From contig NZ_JXJW01000002.1 of assembly GCF_002441695.1 (NCBI RefSeq), positions 64,060 to 88,059 on the forward strand: a DNA stretch of 24,000 nucleotides, in the 5' to 3' direction. Position 1 is the stretch's first letter, and every line of letters starts with the position of its first letter. The notes beneath the pieces were generated by a model. It was not told the origin of the DNA. It did no database searches and was given only the letters and a program-made list of their open reading frames with translations. This stretch comes from Pseudolactococcus piscium (GTDB lineage: Bacteria > Bacillota > Bacilli > Lactobacillales > Streptococcaceae). Position numbers and translations under genes: made by a program. Positions 8,731 through 14,878 of this stretch are shown piece after piece.

Positions 8731-8812
8731 ATAAACTTACAGCGATACATGCGATACTTAAAAAAGCATATTTTTGTTTTGATTAAATTTAAAACAAAGG
8801 TGTGTTTTTTTC

Positions 8813-9727
8813 ATGGAAATAAATGAATATCTAAAAGAGTACTTACTAGAATGCAAAATAAGAAATTACAGCGCTCAAACAATCAAAGCAAAATCAATAA
8901 TTCTAAATGTGTTAATTAATTATTTATATAGTGAATTTGGAATCAATGATCTTGAAAAAATAAAAAAGGTACATATTCAATCTTACATTATTTTTGAAAT
9001 CGACAGGGGTAGAAAATCATCGACCGTTAACACTAAATTGAAAACATTAAAACCATTTTTTGATTATGCGCTTGACGAAGGTTATATAAAAGTAAATCCA
9101 TCTCGAAGTATTAAACTATTAAAAAATGAAAAAGCAGTTTTTACAGTCTTTAATGACAACGAGGTTTTGAAAATGATAGGCTATTGGAAAGGTGCATCAT
9201 ACACAGCAATTAAAAATAAACTTGTCATCTCAATGTTAGTTGATACAGGGATAAGGATAGGGGAGCTTACAAGCTTGTTGTTTGATGATGTTCAAGATAA
9301 TTGTATAAAGGTTCATGGTAAGGGCAACAAATGGCGTATAGTGCCTATATCACCCCAATTAAGAAAACTGATGCTGAAATATGAACGAAAAAGAAAAGAA
9401 ATCCTAGCAAAAAATAGCAAGGAGTCTGATTATTATTTCATTAATCAGTATAAGAATAAGATAGATGCAGTATCATCTTTTCAAAAAATGATAAAATACA
9501 CAGCAATTAAAGCAGGTGTTAGGGATAGTGTGAGGGCATCACCGCATACTTTTAGACATTATTATGTTATCAAAAGCCTAAGTCTAGGTACTCCTATTTA
9601 TCAAGTTTCAAAAAATATTGGGCATGAATCAATTAAGACAACTGAGATATACCTTAAACAGATAACAAATGAGCAAGTCGTTAATGAGCAAATTCAGAAA
9701 ACTATTTCACCATTATCTCACTTGTAA
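8813..9727 (+). CDS. Tyrosine recombinase / phage-type integrase (XerC/D-like size)
   Basis: 304-aa ORF with an N-terminal SAM-like domain. Catalytic-type residues are visible in DTGIRIGEL (Arg), HGKGNKWRIVPI (Lys), HTFRHYY (His-x-x-Arg) and GHESIKTTEIYL (His, Tyr). Confidence 0.85.
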   Translation: MEINEYLKEYLLECKIRNYSAQTIKAKSIILNVLINYLYSEFGINDLEKIKKVHIQSYIIFEIDRGRKSSTVNTKLKTLKPFFDYALDEGYIKVNPSRSIKLLKNEKAVFTVFNDNEVLKMIGYWKGASYTAIKNKLVISMLVDTGIRIGELTSLLFDDVQDNCIKVHGKGNKWRIVPISPQLRKLMLKYERKRKEILAKNSKESDYYFINQYKNKIDAVSSFQKMIKYTAIKAGVRDSVRASPHTFRHYYVIKSLSLGTPIYQVSKNIGHESIKTTEIYLKQITNEQVVNEQIQKTISPLSHL

Positions 9728-9787
9728 AATTCAAGTTTTATCAGGTATTTTGCAGTTTTAAATGTAGTAAATTACTAGGTTCAAAAA

Positions 9788-9796
9788 TGGTATAAT
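9788..9796 (+). promoter_or_regulatory. Extended -10 promoter (TGgTATAAT) of the KAP NTPase gene
   Basis: TGGTATAAT at 9788-9796. A GAGGTGA SD lies 6 nt before the ATG at 9831. Confidence 0.5.
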
Positions 9797-9830
9797 TATT
9801 TAAATAGACATAATTATATGAGGTGAAAAA

Positions 9831-11111
9831 ATGAAGAGACAAGATACAAACACAGCTGATGATGGTCAAATATCAGACCTATTTAAGAAAGATTTACTAA
9901 ACCGAAATGAAAACTTGTATGCACTCATTAATTTCATTAATGGTATTGAAGGGCAAATGATATTAAACATAGATGGTGCTTGGGGGACTGGGAAGTCAGT
10001 TTTTTTAAGGCAGTTAGAGTATATCTCTAGTACAAAAGAATATATTGATTATAGAGGAACTTCATATCAAAATATGGTAGATACTTTTAAGAAAGAATAT
10101 TTTTTATTTTATTTTAATTCATGGGAACATGATTTATACAACAATCCAATGGAATCACTGATTAGTGAATTATTGATGAAGATAGCATCTGAAAAGGACT
10201 ATGAAGATAAAATAAATGATGTTAAAGATGAGATAAATAATAAATTCAAGAAATTTACTGGTGATGGATTAAGAAGAGGAATAAAAATAATTTCGGGTGG
10301 TTTTATAGATTTAAATGATAAAAAAGTAGATGATACACTTGAAATAACTTCAGTAGGTTCTCAAAAAGAAGCAGTAAATAGTTTATTACAATTATTGTCA
10401 AGTATTACAGAAAAAAGAATACTAATTATAGTTGATGAACTAGATAGATGTAAGCCATCCTATGCAGTTGAATTATTAGAGGTTGTTAAGCACTTTTTCA
10501 CTCATGATGATGTCGTATTTTTATTTGGTACTAACAAGAATGAACTTGAGCATACTATTAAATCATTATACGGACAAGGATTTAATGGCTATAAATACTT
10601 AAATAGGTTTTTTGATTTTGAATTTTCATTACCAAATATTGATAAAGATAAATATATCGATAGAAAATATAGTGATGATTCCAATTTATTATTACATGAT
10701 TTTACTAAGTATTCTATTGACTATTTTAATCTTAGTATGCGTGATATTGAAAGATTATATGCGTTAATTAATGTTATAGGAACTAAAAAGAATTATCAGA
10801 ATAATCAAGATTATATCTTTATTGATTTTGTAATTGTAGTATATGCTATATGTCTTAAAATCGACAACGGAAATGGCTATAAAAAATTTATGGATGGACA
10901 AGGTAGAGATGATTTTTTACTATTTTGTGATGATTCTTTTCAAACAATTAATGAGATATATTATCGAAAAGAAAAAGATGAAATTATGGAAAAAATCAAC
11001 AATTTTTATAGTATGTTTCCTAACTTTTCTTATGATGGTCTTTATGGAAGAGATAGGGCATCTGAATATTTAAAAAACTCAATGAAATTACTTACGATGT
11101 TAAGTATATAA
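9831..11111 (+). CDS. KAP-family P-loop NTPase (soluble form, no TM insert)
   Basis: 426-aa ORF. Walker A GAWGTGKS (nt 9975-9998), the FNSWEHD motif, Walker B with the KAP signature IIVDELDRC (DELDRC = nt 10434-10451), and YLNRFFDFEFSLP (compare KAP YLEKIIQxPFxLP). No hydrophobic helices lie between Walker A and B. Confidence 0.8.
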   Translation: MKRQDTNTADDGQISDLFKKDLLNRNENLYALINFINGIEGQMILNIDGAWGTGKSVFLRQLEYISSTKEYIDYRGTSYQNMVDTFKKEYFLFYFNSWEHDLYNNPMESLISELLMKIASEKDYEDKINDVKDEINNKFKKFTGDGLRRGIKIISGGFIDLNDKKVDDTLEITSVGSQKEAVNSLLQLLSSITEKRILIIVDELDRCKPSYAVELLEVVKHFFTHDDVVFLFGTNKNELEHTIKSLYGQGFNGYKYLNRFFDFEFSLPNIDKDKYIDRKYSDDSNLLLHDFTKYSIDYFNLSMRDIERLYALINVIGTKKNYQNNQDYIFIDFVIVVYAICLKIDNGNGYKKFMDGQGRDDFLLFCDDSFQTINEIYYRKEKDEIMEKINNFYSMFPNFSYDGLYGRDRASEYLKNSMKLLTMLSI

Positions 11112-11131
11112 TATAGTTAAATAGCAAGAAG

Positions 11132-11166
11132 ACCAAATTATCGTAACTGATATTTTTGGTTTTTTT
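11132..11166 (+). terminator. Intrinsic terminator after the KAP NTPase gene
   Basis: ACCAAATTATC-gtaac-TGATATTTTTGGT is an imperfect hairpin, followed by a T-run at 11161-11166. Confidence 0.6.
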
Positions 11167-11360
11167 ATATTCAAATTCAACTATCAATCATACTATCTAT
11201 TAAACAGTTCAAATGCCTACCGCACACCTTACGGTGATTGGTGCTATAACGAGCTTTTCTATCGAAAACTCTATAGCGAATATATAATATCAAGTATTAT
11301 TTTGTGGGTTTTTGGATCTTGAATTATATCTTTATATCAGTTTAGTATATATTTATTCTT

Positions 11361-11383
11361 ATACCAAACCAATGTACACCTAT
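11361..11383 (+). repeat. Iteron-like 23-bp direct repeat, copy 1
   Basis: ATACCAAACCAATGTACACCTAT matches the copy at 11429-11451 at 19 of 23 positions. The last 12 nt (ATGTACACCTAT) are identical. Confidence 0.6.
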
Positions 11384-11428
11384 AATTTTATATATATATA
11401 CAAGTAAATTATACTTATAGTTATCTAT

Positions 11429-11451
11429 ATACAATACTGATGTACACCTAT
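11429..11451 (+). repeat. Iteron-like 23-bp direct repeat, copy 2
   Basis: ATACAATACTGATGTACACCTAT, starting 68 bp after copy 1. A degenerate third core (GCACACCTTA) lies at 11222-11231. Confidence 0.6.
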
Positions 11452-11648
11452 TTTCAATCACAACAATTAAAATTAATTTACAAAAAAGCTATTTTTGAGG
11501 GCCATTGGGCATGTCGCTCTGGGTTTATTATTAGGAGAATAAATATTTAAATTAATTTGTAAATTTACCCCCAAAAAATTGGCCATTTTGAAAACTTTTT
11601 GGCAATATAAGTAGATAGATATACAATTTAATTTAAAATAATTAACAC

Positions 11649-11687
11649 TATATATTGTGCCTTATAATTTCCAAACCACAATATATA
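11649..11687. promoter_or_regulatory. Operator-like 11-bp inverted repeat upstream of the small-ORF operon promoter
   Basis: TATATATTGTG (11649-11659) and CACAATATATA (11677-11687) are perfect reverse complements separated by 17 bp. The spacer contains a TATAAT (11663-11668). The right arm ends 10 bp before the -35 at 11698. Confidence 0.5.
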
Positions 11688-11697
11688 TTTGAGTGAG

Positions 11698-11725
11698 TTG
11701 ACAAATTATTATGAAATGGTATATT
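11698..11725 (+). promoter_or_regulatory. Near-consensus promoter of the small-ORF operon
   Basis: TTGACA (11698-11703), 16-nt spacer, then TGgTATATT (TG at 11717-11718, hexamer at 11720-11725). It predicts a 5' UTR of about 90 nt before the ATG at 11823. Confidence 0.65.
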
Positions 11726-11822
11726 AGATTAGGTATTAATTAAAAAGTTAATTATATTTAAAAAACACTCGACAATTTTTAAAAAATAAAAATAAAAATA
11801 AACAAATAAGGAAAAACGAAAT

Positions 11823-12098
11823 ATGCAAATTACATTAGAAGAATTATTTTATGATGATGAGTTTAAAGACATCATTAAAGAAAAATGGATAGTACAACTT
11901 CAGAAATTAGGTAAGTTACAGAGCAATACTAAAAATGGAATAATTACAGAATTGCTTAAGCAATATCAATCAGTTGAATATGTTAAAGGTAATAGAAGCA
12001 ACAAAGCACACTTTCAAATTGGTAGCAAGCGATCACAAGAAATAAGTCAAGCTGATATGATTGAAAAGGTTACTACAAAGCTAACGCTAATAACATAA
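11823..12098 (+). CDS. Hypothetical small protein (91 aa), first gene of the island operon
   Basis: ORF with an AAGGA SD (11808-11812) 10 nt before the ATG. No domain recognised. Confidence 0.5.
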   Translation: MQITLEELFYDDEFKDIIKEKWIVQLQKLGKLQSNTKNGIITELLKQYQSVEYVKGNRSNKAHFQIGSKRSQEISQADMIEKVTTKLTLIT

Positions 12099-12124
12099 AA
12101 ATTCATAACATCATTGCCTTGAAA

Positions 12125-12460
12125 ATGTTAAAAAAATATATTGTTGGTTTAGATGATGATGTGAAAGTCATGTCATTTACACGCTTAAATTGGCTTAAAG
12201 CAGCTGGGATCACTAGCAACATCAAAAACTTAAATGAAGTGGATGAAATGAAAAATATTGATTCAACTTTCAGAAGCTACTATAAAGATGATGTTGCATC
12301 AAGTTTGAAAAATGTGTTTAGTTTTTGCTTAAAGCAATTAAAAGTAAAAGAAGTTGATGCACCAGATTATTATTGCGATGCAGCTAATGATGATCAAGCA
12401 GATAGTGATGAAATGGTAATAAGAAAAGATTGCTGGATGACATCGAAGTTAAGAAAATGA
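12125..12460 (+). CDS. Hypothetical protein (111 aa from ATG 12125; the track starts at TTG 12119)
   Basis: ORF in operon orientation with an acidic C-terminal half (DAPDYYCDAANDDQADSDEM). No clear SD. Its stop overlaps the next ATG (ATGA at 12457-12460). Confidence 0.4.
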   Translation: MLKKYIVGLDDDVKVMSFTRLNWLKAAGITSNIKNLNEVDEMKNIDSTFRSYYKDDVASSLKNVFSFCLKQLKVKEVDAPDYYCDAANDDQADSDEMVIRKDCWMTSKLRK

Positions 12461-12681
12461 AAAGTTTTGTGGATGTTTTGAAGGCTAAACATAATGTTAC
12501 AAAATTCATGTTAGCGACAAGTGAATTCAAAAATGAGCTACGAGACAACTATAGAAATAATCTTAGATCTGAATCAATTTGGATTGAAATAGAATTAGAT
12601 ATTTCTAAACTAAAAAATGATATTAGTGATGCTGAATTAGCAAGTGATGAACTAAGATCACAATTCATGCTTGAGTTTTAG
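12457..12681 (+). CDS. Hypothetical small acidic protein (74 aa from ATG 12457; the track starts at TTG 12430)
   Basis: The ATGA overlap with the preceding ORF suggests translational coupling. Predicted helical and charged sequence. No domain recognised. Confidence 0.4.
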   Translation: MKSFVDVLKAKHNVTKFMLATSEFKNELRDNYRNNLRSESIWIEIELDISKLKNDISDAELASDELRSQFMLEF

Positions 12682-12744
12682 AAATATCGTAATAGCACCT
12701 ATATAAGACGAGAATTTAAAAGGAAAATTAAAGGCAAAAAAGAA

Positions 12745-13029
12745 ATGTTCTGGCGTTATGAAACAGGGTTACAAGAACAACCATCGAACTTTTCGCCTTA
12801 TTTACAGATGGAAAATAGAACCTATTTCAAGTTTATGACTGTGCTTGATCAACAAATCGGATTTGCTGAAGCTGATGTGACTGAGTATTCCAAAATGGAA
12901 AAAGAATATAAAGCAACAGTTGAAGACAATGAAGCGATTAAACTTGTAGATGATTGCAAGCAAAATAATATCATTTACTTGCATACACATACGAAAACAA
13001 ATAATGAATTAGACAAATTGTTTAAATAG
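12745..13029 (+). CDS. Hypothetical small acidic protein (94 aa)
   Basis: ORF in operon orientation with an AAAGG SD-like sequence about 10 nt upstream. No domain recognised. Confidence 0.45.
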   Translation: MFWRYETGLQEQPSNFSPYLQMENRTYFKFMTVLDQQIGFAEADVTEYSKMEKEYKATVEDNEAIKLVDDCKQNNIIYLHTHTKTNNELDKLFK

Positions 13030-13047
13030 AAAAAGGAATATAAGAAA

Positions 13048-13149
13048 ATGGAAATGATTACACTTAAACAACACATGACAAAAACAGCTGATAGCAAAGT
13101 TAAAGTTCTAAATGTTGATAAAGAAAAATTGGATAAAAAAGCAGCTTAA
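13048..13149 (+). CDS. Hypothetical micro-protein (33 aa, MEMITLKQHMTKTADSKVKVLNVDKEKLDKKAA); not in the ORF track
   Basis: AAGGA SD exactly 10 nt before the ATG, the same SD spacing as neighbouring ORFs. Read by eye from the sequence. Confidence 0.4.
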   Translation: MEMITLKQHMTKTADSKVKVLNVDKEKLDKKAA

Positions 13150-13203
13150 TTAATAGTTGATAAGTTGTTTAACTAATATAATAGAAAAAAGGATAATATA
13201 AAT

Positions 13204-13368
13204 ATGACTAAAACAGAAAAAGAACTACTAAACGAAGAATTTTTAAAGACTTTGAAAATGGGTCTACAAATTTCAAATATTCAAGCTGATTTGCTAGAAA
13301 GCAACATGAGTGAATTAGATAAGAAAATGACTAAACTAGACGATGATATGAACGAAGCAATAAAATAA
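13204..13368 (+). CDS. Hypothetical coiled-coil-like micro-protein (54 aa, MTKTEKELLNEEFLKTLKMGLQISNIQADLLESNMSELDKKMTKLDDDMNEAIK); not in the ORF track
   Basis: AAGGA SD 10 nt before the ATG. Lies opposite the implausible antisense track ORF 13281-13544. Confidence 0.45.
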   Translation: MTKTEKELLNEEFLKTLKMGLQISNIQADLLESNMSELDKKMTKLDDDMNEAIK

Positions 13369-13450
13369 ATAGTAACATATGTTGTAAATGTTTTTAAATG
13401 GGAGATTAAAAAATATAAGTGGGGTTCTTTAGTTGAAGGAAAACTAAAGA

Positions 13451-13561
13451 ATGAACAAGACAGAATTAGAAAAAGACACAGTACAAATAGCTGGAATGGT
13501 TGCAAAAGATGGAATAGAAGAACGAGTATATAGCGCTCAAACAAGTTGTGATGATATTTAA
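13451..13561 (+). CDS. Hypothetical micro-protein (36 aa, MNKTELEKDTVQIAGMVAKDGIEERVYSAQTSCDDI); not in the ORF track
   Basis: GAAGGA SD 10 nt before the ATG. Its 3' end overlaps the start of the next ORF (13548/13551). Confidence 0.4.
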   Translation: MNKTELEKDTVQIAGMVAKDGIEERVYSAQTSCDDI

Positions 13562-13742
13562 AGTTTTAGCTGACATGTATGACAGCATGCTAAGTTACTT
13601 ATTTAGCAAAGCGTTTAGTCATGTTGACAAAGGAATTGCATTGCAAAGTTTTAAAGAAAATCAAGTCAAACAGTTTGCTTATATGTTAGTAAATGTATTA
13701 TACGATGAAAAAGAATTGTTGGAAATGAAGTTGGTGGCATAA
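13548..13742 (+). CDS. Hypothetical small protein (64 aa; GTG 13548 or ATG 13551), last gene of the operon
   Basis: The ORF overlaps the preceding micro-ORF, suggesting coupling, and is followed immediately by a strong hairpin terminator. Confidence 0.4.
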   Translation: MMIFKVLADMYDSMLSYLFSKAFSHVDKGIALQSFKENQVKQFAYMLVNVLYDEKELLEMKLVA

Positions 13743-13743
13743 T

Positions 13744-13779
13744 AAAACTCTTTACCCTAAAAAAATGGTAAGGAGTTTT
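13744..13779. terminator. Bidirectional intrinsic terminator between convergent island genes
   Basis: AAAACTCTTTACC-ctaaaaaaat-GGTAAGGAGTTTT: a 13-bp stem with one G-U pair and A/T-rich flanks on both sides. Confidence 0.75.
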
Positions 13780-13785
13780 ATTTAA

Positions 13786-14169
13786 TTAAAAAATTAGTTT
13801 GTAATCAGATATGGCAATAGTAATATCATAGTCATAGCGATAGTTATGAATACCTTTATAATTAGTTGTTTTTATAAGGATATGATTTATTATATCCTCT
13901 TTTGGTATTTTAAAAATTTCACGAAATACATCAAAACCACTATATAAAATTCTGCCTTTTTCATCATTTTTTTTAAAAAGTGCGTTTAAATTAGAATTTA
14001 TTTTGTTTTCTTCTAAGAGGAATCTAAAAGTATTTTTTTCTATTTCTTTAAACAGAATTAAATTTTCTTTATTATCTAGTTCATTGTATTCTTTTAGGGT
14101 AACAAGATTAGATTTTTTTAGCAATGTGGTTAATTCGGTAATAGCAACATTATAGTCATTATCAGTCAT
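13786..14169 (-). CDS. Hypothetical protein (127 aa), island orphan
   Basis: Minus-strand ORF bounded by the terminator at 13744-13779 and its own extended -10 promoter at 14201-14209. The SD is weak. No domain recognised. Confidence 0.45.
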   Translation of the reverse strand: MTDNDYNVAITELTTLLKKSNLVTLKEYNELDNKENLILFKEIEKNTFRFLLEENKINSNLNALFKKNDEKGRILYSGFDVFREIFKIPKEDIINHILIKTTNYKGIHNYRYDYDITIAISDYKLIF

Positions 14170-14200
14170 TGTTATTCTTCTATCTATTTTATTTAAGTAT

Positions 14201-14209
14201 ATTATAGCA
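14201..14209 (-). promoter_or_regulatory. Extended -10 promoter (minus strand TGcTATAAT) for ORF 13786-14169
   Basis: Plus-strand ATTATAGCA at 14201-14209 is TGCTATAAT on the minus strand, about 32 nt upstream of the start codon. Confidence 0.5.
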
Positions 14210-14257
14210 TATAATTAAGATCAAACAGACTGATTATATGTTATTACTAAAGGTTAA

Positions 14258-14286
14258 TTGCTTTAGCTTTTTTATTGTATTATAAT
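14258..14286 (+). promoter_or_regulatory. Sigma-A-type promoter for ORF 14309-14641
   Basis: TTGCTT (14258-14263), 17-nt spacer, TATAAT (14281-14286). Sits back-to-back with the minus-strand promoter. Confidence 0.55.
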
Positions 14287-14308
14287 TAAATTAGAAAGCG
14301 GTGATGCA

Positions 14309-14641
14309 ATGACAATAGAAAAATATAGAATTTTATATTATGAAGATATTATTAAAGAACTTGAAAATGATGAGTGCATGTTTTTTCTAGAAATTCAAAA
14401 CTGTGAAATAGTTAGACGAGTATATAAAAAGGTACATAAAGGATTTGGTGGAAAACATAAGGTAGTTTATTATAATTTTACTAAATCCATGATGAATTTT
14501 AATGATATTAATGTATATTTTCAAAGTGAAGATTGTGAACAAGAGCTAATAAATTGTAAAGAAACAGATAAAATAAATAAAGTTGATTGGATAAAGAATA
14601 ATACAAGATATATTGTATTTAAATATAAGATTAGTATTTAA
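14309..14641 (+). CDS. Hypothetical protein (110 aa), island orphan
   Basis: ORF with a GGTGA SD-like sequence 4 nt upstream and its own promoter. Lys/Asn/Tyr-rich. No domain recognised. Confidence 0.45.
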   Translation: MTIEKYRILYYEDIIKELENDECMFFLEIQNCEIVRRVYKKVHKGFGGKHKVVYYNFTKSMMNFNDINVYFQSEDCEQELINCKETDKINKVDWIKNNTRYIVFKYKISI

Positions 14642-14669
14642 TTTTGAAATATCTAAAAGAGAATAGAAC

Positions 14670-14851
14670 ATGGAAAGATACCTTTTAAAAGCTGATGAGA
14701 GTGATTCAGAGAGAGCAAGATATAATGGCAGTTTAGAAGAAAAGAACTTTCTTTTGAAGAGTATGTGTACAATTATTCGTACTTGATAGAGAAATTATAT
14801 GAAGACAATGAAAGTAAATTTAAAGACTCTGACATTATGTCAAGTTCTTAG
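14670..14851 (+). pseudogene. Small ORF with an apparent frameshift; its final codon and stop come from the IS terminal repeat
   Basis: Frame 1 reads MERYLLKADESDSERARYNGSLEEKNFLLKSMCTIIRT and stops at 14784-14786. A second frame with no start codon continues as RRKELSFEEYVYNYSYLIEKLYEDNESKFKDSDIMSSS. Its TCT-TAG (14846-14851) lies inside the IS left inverted repeat. Confidence 0.4.
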
Positions 14852-14878
14852 AGTAGAAATAGTATAAATTCTCTTAAA

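Noticed and set aside
10843-11073. Track ORF 10843-11073(+) in an alternative frame inside the KAP NTPase gene
   Set aside because: It is nested in the 3' part of the longer ORF, whose frame carries the family motifs. No SD is present.
11213-11287. A 24-codon ORF (MPTAHLTVIGAITSFSIENSIANI) in the GC-richer patch of the non-coding region
   Set aside because: It has no SD and no neighbouring coding context. It could be a relic of a decayed gene, and I cannot support it as a CDS.
11782-11799. Tandem (AAAAAT)x3 in the 5' UTR of the small-ORF operon
   Set aside because: Only three units, in DNA that is already extremely A-rich. This is most simply low-complexity sequence.
12802-13544. Track ORFs 12802-12990(-) and 13281-13544(-), antisense to the small-ORF operon
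   Set aside because: They run opposite to plus-strand ORFs that have well-spaced AAGGA SDs. Their products are Phe/Leu/Ile/Ser-rich low-complexity sequence, as expected from antisense AT-rich DNA.
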